From: a virus
Virus record (IMG/VR): IMGVR_UViG_3300017917_002969
Location: 33,581 to 97,580 of that record
DNA length: 64,000 bases
Strand: one strand, 5' to 3'
Shown here piece by piece: positions 50,301-58,580 of the stretch (the stretch's first letter is position 1; each line of letters opens with the position of its first letter). A program made the translations under genes and the position numbers. Below the pieces are notes generated by a model, which was given only the letters and a program-made list of their open reading frames with translations, did not search any database and was not told where the DNA came from.

Positions 50301-50415
50301 TAACACTCAAATATTAAGTAGAAATTCAACAACAGGAAATATTGAATATACTGATAGTACTAGTATAGGACTTACTTTTAATAACATTCAAAGAATTGCG
50401 TTTTTAAAGATATGA
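47323..50415 (+). CDS. Long Thr/Gly-rich modular fibre protein
   Basis: Repeated YGDGSNLT, GLTxNGxLxVTGNT, TISATTYQNLP, LSGGTVTG modules. Confidence 0.75.
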   Translation: MSHVGRGYDVNQTFIVEPLDNGIPIFSACTAIYANFITSCDGNTSISLDDGIINFDGVLNTNSDLSANTIFASTYYGDGSNLTNINFGTIVTGLTINGDLTVTGNTLLNGLTGNIISATTISANTISATTISGITFYGDGSNLTNINFGTTVTGLTVNGDLTVTGNTLLNGLTANTISATTYQNLPVTADTFTTDFTYSSNTFTIFRNQGLSALTATIDVMSGLTINGDLTVTGNTTLQSISANTITGDTFFSGSTPLTTIINNIASLYSGSSSADYLALSGGTVTGSTTFTNGLTVNNSLLLSGASNPLTIKGLLSSNDTTLISIDNNGIIHTLPTSAITGTTSISNAATGGTYSNGTISLSGTGTLGTITGFTDFYVTGFTLSNSDLILKQNISDSYSAFTVNLPFLPLTGGTLTGSLTAPTYYGDGSNLTGISRGGSGGQLYYFNISNLQSPYYELSTSATTTSEQTISATTGSYGTVLVGGFMTPVGVPNTTSIPAGILSFYLHSYDGGNNHNFNIYCQLYKRDTGGTETLLFTSDQSAVIGNVVSMVITDGYFSGATLDASDRLVVKVYGENLTNQTRTIYFVSEGSQHYSFALTTIPIFLDTYVTGFTYSNNVFTIKQNNSQPDLPLTINSVTGWTVNGNLTVTGNTSLKELTASTISATTYYNIPLFSGGTITGLTVNGNLIVTGATSFTNGLTANTISATTYQNLPVTADTFTTGFTYTANTLTIFRNQGLSALTATIDVMTGLTINGNLIVTGNTTLQSLSSTTISGNTFISGNTQLSTVINNIASQYDPSGRFLNLSGGTVTGNTTFINGLSGSSITATTYFSGSTPLTSVIDNIASQYNPSGRFLSLSGGTVTGSTSFTAGLNANTISATTYQNLPVTADTFTTDFTYSSNTFTISRNQGLSALTASINTMTGLTVNGTLNATTISATTISATTFYGNGSNLTGISSSGTFTGGTVNGSTVFTNGLSANTFNITTIPTNNNSNTQILSRNSTTGNIEYTDSTSIGLTFNNIQRIAFLKI
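47829..50040 (+). repeat. Dispersed identical DNA blocks within the fibre gene
   Basis: 77 bp identical 47829-47905 = 49413-49489; 63 bp identical 47875-47937 = 49978-50040. Confidence 0.85.
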
Positions 50416-51251
50416 TTATTTTAACAAACACAACGGATAAGATTCAAGTTTCTTTAGGTTCAGCAGTTGCTACAACACAATTAAGATGTTATGCGTCTTA
50501 TAGAGATACAACATCAACTACAATAACACCTAATAGAAATGTTGTTTTAACCAATGGTGTTACCCCTGTAGATTTGGTTGGTTCACCAGCTTCATCAACC
50601 CAAAGAGTTGTTGATTATTTAAGTGTATATAATGCAGATACAGCATCAGCGACTGTTACCGTTAATTTTAATGATAATGGAACTTTATATAATCTTGCTG
50701 TTATAATATTAGGTGTTGGTGAAAAATTGGAGTATCAAGAAGGTGAAGGATTCAAAGTATTATCAACAATAGGTGCTTATAGGATTGCAAGCAACCCATC
50801 AAGTATTACAGAAAAGACTGCATTAAGTTTTGTTTATATGGGTTCAGATTCTACGGGTCCTACTTCAACTAGCTTTATAGATATCACTAATTTAAGTTTT
50901 TCAGTTATTGCGAATAAAACATATTGGTTTAGATTTGTAATACCGTATACCGCAGCAAACCTTACTGTAGGTGCTAAATTTGCAATAAATGGACCTGCTA
51001 ATCCAACATTTTTAATTTATCAAACAGAAAACACCAATGGAACTGGTGTACAAACTTATAATAGAGGTATAATATCATATGATGGTACTACAACATCAGC
51101 TAACGCAGCAACACTAGTTTCTAATTTAGCTATAATAGAAGGGATTATTACCCCATCAGTTAATGGTACAGTAATAGCTAGAATTGGAAGTGAAGCGACA
51201 CAAACATCAACACCAAAAGCTGGTTCTTTTGTAAAATATTTAGAAATTTAA
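50412..51251 (+). CDS. Fibre tip/receptor-binding-like protein, paralogue 1
   Basis: Shared N-domain (TDKIQ, YRDTT, VGSPASSTQRV, EKLEYQEG) plus variable beta-rich C-domain. Confidence 0.6.
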   Translation: MIILTNTTDKIQVSLGSAVATTQLRCYASYRDTTSTTITPNRNVVLTNGVTPVDLVGSPASSTQRVVDYLSVYNADTASATVTVNFNDNGTLYNLAVIILGVGEKLEYQEGEGFKVLSTIGAYRIASNPSSITEKTALSFVYMGSDSTGPTSTSFIDITNLSFSVIANKTYWFRFVIPYTAANLTVGAKFAINGPANPTFLIYQTENTNGTGVQTYNRGIISYDGTTTSANAATLVSNLAIIEGIITPSVNGTVIARIGSEATQTSTPKAGSFVKYLEI

Positions 51252-51252
51252 T

Positions 51253-51396
51253 ATGAAAGTAGGTGATGTAATATTAATAGATAGACTAGAATGGACAATA
51301 TGGTTAATTGAAGATAATGTTTACCATATAAAAAATAATAAAGGTAATGGTATGTGTGGAGACTTATATTGGTTAAATTCATTAATAGATATATGA
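51253..51396 (+). CDS. Small 47-aa protein, below the ORF track cutoff
   Basis: MKVGDVILIDRLEWTIWLIEDNVYHIKNNKGNGMCGDLYWLNSLIDI*; fills the gap, ATGA overlap with the next start. Confidence 0.65.
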   Translation: MKVGDVILIDRLEWTIWLIEDNVYHIKNNKGNGMCGDLYWLNSLIDI

Positions 51397-52247
51397 TTAT
51401 TTTATCAAATACAACAGACAAGATTCAGGCGGTATTAACCAATGCTGTGACAACAAATCAATTAAGTTGTCTTGCAGTCTATAGAGACACCACATCTACG
51501 TCTATCACACCATTAAGAAATGTTTTATTAACCAATGGTGTTACTCCTGTAGATTTTGTTGGTTCACCAGCTTCATCAACCCAAAGAGTTATTGATTATT
51601 TAAGTATATTCAATAGAGATACCGCAGTTGCTGAAGTAACAATAAGATTTGTAGATAATGTTACTAACTATCGTTTATTTGTTGTTAGACTAGCCCCAAA
51701 TGAAAAGTTAGAATATCAAGAAGGTTATGGTTTTAAAGTTATTTCTAACGGTTATTCAATAAAACAAACAACAACTTTTGATTCACCGACAACAAATACA
51801 AACCTTAGCATGTTTGTATTAAAAAATGATATAACACTTTCACCAAGTGTTGCAAATGCTTACCTTGATATACCATCATTAACGTTCCCTGTGGTAGCAA
51901 ACAGTAAAGTTTATTTTAAGTTTTTTATAATATATACTACGGACAATACAACTACTGGTACAAGATTTAATATTTTAGGTCCTTCAGCTAGTGGTCTGAT
52001 AACTTATCAAACATTTAATTCTTTAACATCCACATCAATTACTATAGCAACAGGTCAAAATACTTATTTGAACGTTACTAGTAGCAATGCCACATCTGCA
52101 AATAAAGATGGTAACACAGTTAATGTTGAAGGGTATATTTATCCTGATACAAACGGGATTGTTATACCATCATTTGGTTGTGAGGTTTCACTTGGCTCAG
52201 TGACAATAAAATCAAATTCGTTTGTACAATATCATCAAATAGCATAG
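51393..52247 (+). CDS. Fibre tip/receptor-binding-like protein, paralogue 2 (start corrected to ATG 51393)
   Basis: MIILSNTTDKIQ matches the starts of paralogues 1 and 3. Confidence 0.62.
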   Translation: MIILSNTTDKIQAVLTNAVTTNQLSCLAVYRDTTSTSITPLRNVLLTNGVTPVDFVGSPASSTQRVIDYLSIFNRDTAVAEVTIRFVDNVTNYRLFVVRLAPNEKLEYQEGYGFKVISNGYSIKQTTTFDSPTTNTNLSMFVLKNDITLSPSVANAYLDIPSLTFPVVANSKVYFKFFIIYTTDNTTTGTRFNILGPSASGLITYQTFNSLTSTSITIATGQNTYLNVTSSNATSANKDGNTVNVEGYIYPDTNGIVIPSFGCEVSLGSVTIKSNSFVQYHQIA

Positions 52248-52249
52248 TT

Positions 52250-53098
52250 ATGATTATTTTAAATAGCACAGACAAGATTCAAATTAAATTAAGTAGAAAC
52301 ATAGTACTTAATCCATTAGAATGTTACGTTTCATATAGAGATACTACATCATCAACAATAACACCAAGTAGAAACTTTATAACTATAAGCGGTACATCGG
52401 CTGTAGATTTGGTTGGTTCACCAGCTTCATCAACCCAAAGAGTTGTTGATTATTTAAGTATACATAATCCAGATATTTCAGCTAACACTGTTACAGTACA
52501 ATTTGATGTTAGTAGTACACCGTATGAATTAACAGTAACCTCATTGCAAATCGGTGAAAAACTAGAATATCAAGAAGGGGTTGGTTTTAAATCTATTGAT
52601 GACTATGGCGCATTAAAAACAGGTAATAAATTAGGATATAACAACATAGCTGGTTTAAGTTCGGTAACAATAAATTCAGATGTTGTTAATTCAAATGCTG
52701 TTGCAAATACGATTGCTGATATTACTGGATTAAGTTTTTCAGTAACCAGTGGTGCAACTTATTGGTTTAGATTTGTAATACCTTTTACATCAGCGGCTAG
52801 TACCACGGGCTCTAGGTTTTCAATTAGTGGAGCGAGTACTTCAGCATTATATTTTCAAAGCCAATACCCTTCAAGTATTACAGCTCAAGCGACAAATGTG
52901 GGTCTATCCGCATTTGATACTCCAGCTGCCGCTACTACTACTTCACCAACTACGCTGGTCGGACTTGCTATTATTGAGGGTGTTGCAACATTCTCTGCAA
53001 ATGGTACATTAATTGGTAGGTTTTCATCTGAAGTTGCGAACTCAGCGATAACAGTAAAAGCTGGTGCAACCGTTTATTATAAACAACTTAATCCTTAA
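52250..53098 (+). CDS. Fibre tip/receptor-binding-like protein, paralogue 3
   Basis: Same N-domain; C-domain with DITGLSFSV..G.TYWFRF. Confidence 0.6.
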   Translation: MIILNSTDKIQIKLSRNIVLNPLECYVSYRDTTSSTITPSRNFITISGTSAVDLVGSPASSTQRVVDYLSIHNPDISANTVTVQFDVSSTPYELTVTSLQIGEKLEYQEGVGFKSIDDYGALKTGNKLGYNNIAGLSSVTINSDVVNSNAVANTIADITGLSFSVTSGATYWFRFVIPFTSAASTTGSRFSISGASTSALYFQSQYPSSITAQATNVGLSAFDTPAAATTTSPTTLVGLAIIEGVATFSANGTLIGRFSSEVANSAITVKAGATVYYKQLNP

Positions 53099-53251
53099 TT
53101 AATTTTCACCATACAAATCTTTTTTAGGGGTACAAGCATCCCTAATTAATTTTTCTACAAACGAAAACATTTTAAGACCATTTTGCTCACAATACTTCTT
53201 TAATAATTGATGGGTTTTTTCTGTTATCTTAATGTTTTTATCTCGTTTCAT
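53099..53251 (-). CDS. 50-aa ribbon-helix-helix DNA-binding protein, below the ORF track cutoff
   Basis: MKRDKNIKITEKTHQLLKKYCEQNGLKMFSFVEKLIRDACTPKKDLYGEN*: alternating beta-strand, helix, NG turn, helix. Confidence 0.75.
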   Translation of the reverse strand: MKRDKNIKITEKTHQLLKKYCEQNGLKMFSFVEKLIRDACTPKKDLYGEN

Positions 53252-53267
53252 AACCTATTTATATATA

Positions 53268-53298
53268 AGTATGATAAAAGTATGATTATTTTCATACT
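53268..53298. promoter_or_regulatory. Operator-like array of AGTATGA boxes
   Basis: AGTATGA at 53268-74 and 53279-85, inverted TCATACT at 53292-98. Confidence 0.6.
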
Positions 53299-53392
53299 AA
53301 AATAAATATATCTTAATAACTGGGTCTCTTTTTGAAAAAAAGCTAATATTTATAATAAACTAAACGATAAAGTAAACGTAAAACACAAAAAC

Positions 53393-56242
53393 ATGGCAAA
53401 TTCAGTATTCGTTAGTCCAGGTGTTTATACATCAGAAAGGGATTTATCATTCATTACACGTCAAGTAGGTGTAACAACACTTGGATTGGTTGGTGAGACC
53501 ACTATTGGTCCTGCTTTCCAACCAATATTTGTTAGCAACTATGGTGAATTTCAATCTTTTTTTGGTGGATGCAATGCGACTAAAGTAAAAGACACAGGTG
53601 CTCCTCAGTATGAGTTACCCTATATTGCAAAATCATATTTAAGTCAATCTAATCAATTATTTGTTACCAGAGTATTAGGTTTATCTGGTTATGATGCTGG
53701 ATTAGCTTGGGCAATCACTCTTGATTCAGCAATAAACACATCAAGTTCTGGTACAACTGGAGGTGGTAGTACATATTCACCACTCATAACTTTCTCAGCA
53801 ACATCTGCTGGAACTATAACATCTTTGGTGTCTAATGACCCATTTGTTCAATCATTTATTAATGATGGAACACTAACAGTTGACCTTGCATTCTTAAGTT
53901 CAGCATCAACAGGTGCTACCGCAAATATCGGACCTGTTTTCAGCAAGTCTGGTAGCAACTTTAGTGGTGTTTCTTTCAATCTTTATGTTAATGCTACTAG
54001 TTACACAGGTGCTGGTATGACAGCTCCTATTACTGGTACCACTACTGGTGTTACCGTATATTATTCTGGAAGTTCATATTCTGAAGTTGAAAATAAAGTT
54101 GTTGCATTGCTTCGTTCAAGAGGATATGTTGACGTAACAGACCAATCAGTTGTATTTGAAGTTAGTGCTGCTACAAATGTTAGTATTAGTGGTGCTTATA
54201 CTGGTGCAACTACTGACCCTCTTGGTCTTTTTGCGTTTACTGGTACTTCAACAATTCAAGGTGCATTTGAATACCAAGTTTCTATGGATAGAACTCAGAG
54301 AAACTATTTACCAAAAGTATTAGGTAGAACTGCTCAAGATGGTAACACAGCTATATTTGTTGAAGAACTTTATGATGTAATGTTTAGAGAATATTTAGCT
54401 GAGAACAAGATTAGAGGTATAAAACAATCTCTTATACAATACTATGATGACTTTTCTGATTACCTTAATGAATTTCAACCAGCTGTTACACCATATGTTG
54501 TATCAGAATTGCGTGGTAATAAAGTATTAAGATTATTTAGATTCTGGACTATTTCTGATGGTAATGCTGCTAACGAACAATTTAAGATTTCTATTACAAA
54601 TATCAAACCTGACACAAAAGAATTTGATGTTAGAATTAGAGGTTACTATGACACAGATGCACAACCAGTAATACTTGAATCATTTACACGTTGTTCTATG
54701 GACCCAACTTCTAACAATTACATTGCTAGAAGAATTGGTACTATCGATGGAAATTATGTATCAAGGTCTTCATATGTTTTGGTTGAATTAGATGATACTT
54801 CAGATACTAGCGATGCTTTCCCAGCTGGTTTTATTGGTTATCCAATTCGTAATTACCAAACAAATAGCAATCCAACAGTAGGAGACCCTACTATCATGTA
54901 TAAGACATCTTATGGTGCTTTTGAAAATAAGCGTAAATATTATTTAGGTATTTCTGAAACCGTAGGTATTGATTCTGACTTGTTTGATTATAAGGGTGTT
55001 CCAACAACAAGTAGTCCAGATATTTGGACTGGTTTAACCCATGGTTTCCACATGGATAGCGGAGCTACTCAAGTTACAATTGATAATGTATTTATCACAA
55101 TAAATAATAGTGGTACTACATATAGCCCAACATTCGTGTTTGATACTGGTGATGCTCAGTTTAGAACTGAAGCTGGTTTGATTGGTGGACCTTATGAATA
55201 TGTATATTCTCGTAAATTCACACTTGTTCCTTTCGGTGGTTTTGACGGATGGAATGTGTATAACACAAGAAGAAGCAATACAGATAGATATTTAATCAAT
55301 GGAACATACGGTATAGCTGGTTTGAATAGCGGTTCATTTAAACAAAGAACACTATCAAATGGTGACTTGGGTATCAACTCTGACTACTATGCTTATTTGG
55401 AAGCTATTTGGACATTTAGAAATCCTGAAGCTGTAAACATCAACGTATTTGCCACTCCAGGTATTGATGCGTTTGATAATACAAACTTAATTGAAGCTAC
55501 AATTGATATGATTGAAACTGATAGAGCTGACTCGTTATATATCATGACAACACCTGATTTCTATGATGATTCAATCTTGACAGTGGATGATGTTGCTGAT
55601 AGAATGGCTGATATGTATGATAGCAATTATTCTTGTACTTACTGGCCATGGATTCAAATCAACGACTCTGAAAACAACGTATTGGTTTGGGTTCCACCTA
55701 CAAGAGATGTGGTTAGAAATATCGCTTTAACTGATAACATTGCTTTCCCTTGGTTTGCGGTTGCTGGTATTCAGCGTGGTGATGTTGACGCTATTCAAGC
55801 TCGTAAGAAACTTACTCTTTCTGAGAGAGATACTCTTTACGAAAATAGAATCAACCCAATTGCTACATTTACAAGTGATGGTATCAAAATTTGGGGTAAC
55901 AAAACTCTTCAAGTTAAAGAAACTGCACTAAACAGAATAAACGTTAGAAGACTATTGCTACAAGCTCGTAAGCTTATCTCTGCTGTTGCTATCAGACTCC
56001 TATTTGAACAGAATGATACAGTTGTAAGAAACCAATTCTTGGCACTTGTTAATCCAATATTGGATAACATTAGAACCGAAAGAGGTTTAACTGACTTCCG
56101 TGTTGTTCTTTCAAACGACCCAGAAGACATCGACAGAAATCAATTAACTGGTCAAATCTTCTTGAAACCAACAAGAAGTCTTGAATTCATCCAAATTGAG
56201 TTCGTTATTATGAACACTGGTGCTTCGTTTGATAACATTTAA
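53393..56242 (+). CDS. Contractile tail sheath protein (gp18-like)
   Basis: FVSPGVYTSERDLS, YWPW, PWFAVAG..RG, INPI, WGNKTL, RINVRRL, KPTRSLEFI. Confidence 0.96.
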   Translation: MANSVFVSPGVYTSERDLSFITRQVGVTTLGLVGETTIGPAFQPIFVSNYGEFQSFFGGCNATKVKDTGAPQYELPYIAKSYLSQSNQLFVTRVLGLSGYDAGLAWAITLDSAINTSSSGTTGGGSTYSPLITFSATSAGTITSLVSNDPFVQSFINDGTLTVDLAFLSSASTGATANIGPVFSKSGSNFSGVSFNLYVNATSYTGAGMTAPITGTTTGVTVYYSGSSYSEVENKVVALLRSRGYVDVTDQSVVFEVSAATNVSISGAYTGATTDPLGLFAFTGTSTIQGAFEYQVSMDRTQRNYLPKVLGRTAQDGNTAIFVEELYDVMFREYLAENKIRGIKQSLIQYYDDFSDYLNEFQPAVTPYVVSELRGNKVLRLFRFWTISDGNAANEQFKISITNIKPDTKEFDVRIRGYYDTDAQPVILESFTRCSMDPTSNNYIARRIGTIDGNYVSRSSYVLVELDDTSDTSDAFPAGFIGYPIRNYQTNSNPTVGDPTIMYKTSYGAFENKRKYYLGISETVGIDSDLFDYKGVPTTSSPDIWTGLTHGFHMDSGATQVTIDNVFITINNSGTTYSPTFVFDTGDAQFRTEAGLIGGPYEYVYSRKFTLVPFGGFDGWNVYNTRRSNTDRYLINGTYGIAGLNSGSFKQRTLSNGDLGINSDYYAYLEAIWTFRNPEAVNINVFATPGIDAFDNTNLIEATIDMIETDRADSLYIMTTPDFYDDSILTVDDVADRMADMYDSNYSCTYWPWIQINDSENNVLVWVPPTRDVVRNIALTDNIAFPWFAVAGIQRGDVDAIQARKKLTLSERDTLYENRINPIATFTSDGIKIWGNKTLQVKETALNRINVRRLLLQARKLISAVAIRLLFEQNDTVVRNQFLALVNPILDNIRTERGLTDFRVVLSNDPEDIDRNQLTGQIFLKPTRSLEFIQIEFVIMNTGASFDNI

Positions 56243-56260
56243 TAATAACAACAAAAATAT

Positions 56261-56288
56261 AAAAAGGCCCCTATACAGGGGCTTTTTT
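56261..56288 (+). terminator. Intrinsic terminator after the sheath gene
   Basis: GCCCCT-ATAC-AGGGGC followed by TTTTTT. Confidence 0.82.
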
Positions 56289-56320
56289 ATTTTAAAAAGA
56301 TATTTATTGTAAAACTAGTT

Positions 56321-57451
56321 ATGAAAATAAAAATAACAGAACAACAATATAAGAATATTATAATAAAGGAACAAGAAAGCCGTTTAAACGAAGCGTTTAA
56401 CTCCAATGCTGAATTGCTTGAAGAGGGTTGGAAAGAGGTTTTATTAGGTGTTGCAATGTTGTTAGGGGTTGGTCTGTCTGGACCAAATAAATCAATGGCT
56501 AGTAATGCTTTGACTGATGAAGCTACTATGGCTCAGATAAAAGCAACTTTGGAGGATGAAGATAAAACTAAAGAATTAGCAAAAGCTTTTGCTGAAAAAG
56601 GTATGAAAGACCCAAATTCTTTAATGGCAAAGAATGCACAAAAATTAGTTGATAATTTTAACAAATTAGCTAATGAAAACGATTTGACTTATAAAATAAG
56701 TAATAAGGTTGTTAATAATCTAGAAAGTCTTAGTGGTGAACTTGGTGTTGGTTATGCTTTGAAAAAAGCTGATATTAAAACAGACACAATTAAAGGTCAA
56801 GCTAAAACAAAAACCGTAATTGTTAAAGATACTATTGAAATGTCGTTTGGAAATGATAATACATTTATTACAGGTGGTTTTACACTTAGTTCAAATGGTG
56901 TTAATAACATAGTTAAAACCTTAGAAAGTATTAAAAACGCAAATGGTACTATAATTTCAGCTAAAATAGAATCATCAACAGATGCAGAAAGCGTACCAAA
57001 ATACAGAGGTGATGGTGATTTAACTGGTAATATAAAGTTAGCAACTCTTAGAACAAAAAGCATCGCTGATTTGTTACAGAATGTTGATGAGGATATTAAT
57101 ATTACACATAGAGAAATACCTGACAATGGTTCTGATGTAGTTAGTGCAAAACAATTTAAGAATGCAGCTTCAAACCCAGAAGAATTGGAGAAATTAAGAA
57201 AAATGACTGCTGATTTTAGATATGTTAAGTTAACATTAGTTGTTGAGTTTGAACAAAAAGTAGAAGAAGTTACCAAACCAGAAGAAGTTGTTAGAAACTA
57301 TAGATTTGAATTGGTTAAGGTTTTTGATGTTGATAAAGGAGATAATGGTGGAAGTAGTAGAATTAATAAAGGTGGTTTAGGAATTAGATTTCCACATAAA
57401 AAAGTTAGTTGTACTTCAGGCAAAAAAATAAAATGCTTTACTAAGTTTTAG
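56321..57451 (+). CDS. Protein with hydrophobic segment and OmpA/MotB-like C-terminal domain
   Basis: GWKEVLLGVAMLLGVGLSG; F.TG...LS...IESSTD...NIKLATLRTKSIADLL...FRYV. Confidence 0.55.
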   Translation: MKIKITEQQYKNIIIKEQESRLNEAFNSNAELLEEGWKEVLLGVAMLLGVGLSGPNKSMASNALTDEATMAQIKATLEDEDKTKELAKAFAEKGMKDPNSLMAKNAQKLVDNFNKLANENDLTYKISNKVVNNLESLSGELGVGYALKKADIKTDTIKGQAKTKTVIVKDTIEMSFGNDNTFITGGFTLSSNGVNNIVKTLESIKNANGTIISAKIESSTDAESVPKYRGDGDLTGNIKLATLRTKSIADLLQNVDEDINITHREIPDNGSDVVSAKQFKNAASNPEELEKLRKMTADFRYVKLTLVVEFEQKVEEVTKPEEVVRNYRFELVKVFDVDKGDNGGSSRINKGGLGIRFPHKKVSCTSGKKIKCFTKF

Positions 57452-57464
57452 TAAAACGTTATCC

Positions 57465-57480
57465 AGTTCCACGTGGAACA
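57465..57480. promoter_or_regulatory. parS-like palindrome
   Basis: AGTTCCACGTGGAACA; perfect 14-bp palindrome, 15/16 match to TGTTCCACGTGGAACA. Confidence 0.72.
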
Positions 57481-57485
57481 AATAT

Positions 57486-57773
57486 TTAGAAATTTTTTTC
57501 TATTATGTCGTAAATTAAATTTACGATTTCACAAACACCAAAGGTTAGATTCCATTCACCATCTTTTAAATTCATTGATTCTATTTCTGAAATATATAAT
57601 TCATGAAGTTTATGATTATCTATTTCTAGATTGTTTTTTCTTAAAACTAATGTAATAGTGCTGCAAACTAAATGACTATCTACATATGTAATCCAGTCAC
57701 ATTGTTCAAGAATGTCATTTAATTGAGCATCGTAATGCTTTTTAAGCTCTTCTTTTGATAATGGTAGTTTCAT
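57486..57773 (-). CDS. Hypothetical protein (counter-oriented insertion in the tail module)
   Basis: 95-aa ORF with its own upstream AT-rich promoter-like region. Confidence 0.65.
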   Translation of the reverse strand: MKLPLSKEELKKHYDAQLNDILEQCDWITYVDSHLVCSTITLVLRKNNLEIDNHKLHELYISEIESMNLKDGEWNLTFGVCEIVNLIYDIIEKNF

Positions 57774-57923
57774 AATATATAAATATACTAATTTTTTTTC
57801 AAAAAATCAAGTAAATTTTTGAAATTCACCATATTTATTTCATACACAGGGTGGATTATGTAAAAAAAGTAAACACCTGTATATTTATTAATAAATAAAT
57901 AAAAAAAATTAAAAAAATAGAAC

Positions 57924-58412
57924 ATGGCTGATTTACTAATGAAAATGCCTTTGCCTTACGAACCTAAAAGAAAGAATCGTTGGCTTATAACATTCCCTTC
58001 TGACCTTGGGATTCAACAATGGTGGTTAGCTTCAGCTTCAAGACCATCAATTACACAAAATGAAACTGAAATTCCATTCCTTAATACATCTACATGGGTT
58101 ATTGGTCGTTTCACTTGGGAATCAATTGATGTGACTTTCCGTGACCCAATCGGTCCTTCTGCTTCTCAAGCAATTATGGAATGGGTACGTCTTCATTCAG
58201 AATCTATCACAGGTCGTCAAGGTTATGCAGCTGGTTACAAGCGTCCAGTAGAACTTGAAATGCTTGACCCAACTGGTGTTGTTGTTGAAAAATGGTTGTT
58301 GGATGGTACAATGCTTACGAACGTAAGTTTCGGTGACCTTTCAATGGATGACGATGCGATTGCGGAAATTACAGCAACGCTTAGGTTTGACCGTGCGATA
58401 CTTTTGTTTTGA
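57924..58412 (+). CDS. Tail tube protein (gp19-like)
   Basis: YEPKRKNRW, GRFTWESIDVTFRDPI, EWV, LDPTGVVVEKW, FGDL. Confidence 0.92.
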   Translation: MADLLMKMPLPYEPKRKNRWLITFPSDLGIQQWWLASASRPSITQNETEIPFLNTSTWVIGRFTWESIDVTFRDPIGPSASQAIMEWVRLHSESITGRQGYAAGYKRPVELEMLDPTGVVVEKWLLDGTMLTNVSFGDLSMDDDAIAEITATLRFDRAILLF

Positions 58413-58454
58413 TTTCTTATTAAAATCGCTTTATCAAATACTTAACTTGTAAAG

Positions 58455-58500
58455 ATTCTTTTAATATATTTGTTATTAACAACAAGTATATTAAAAGAAT
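58455..58500. other. Long AT-rich hairpin between the tube paralogues
   Basis: ATTCTTTTAATATA-TTTGTT / AACAAG-TATATTAAAAGAAT, 6-nt loop. Confidence 0.6.
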
Positions 58501-58580
58501 TTTTATTTATGACCATTTACAAAAAAAATAAGAAACTTATATTTATTGATAAAGTTATAACATTTATATAAACGTTTTAT

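Noticed and set aside
50412-53098. Diversity-generating retroelement or shufflon
   Set aside because: No reverse transcriptase, adenine-specific template/variable pair, invertase or inverted cassettes in the window
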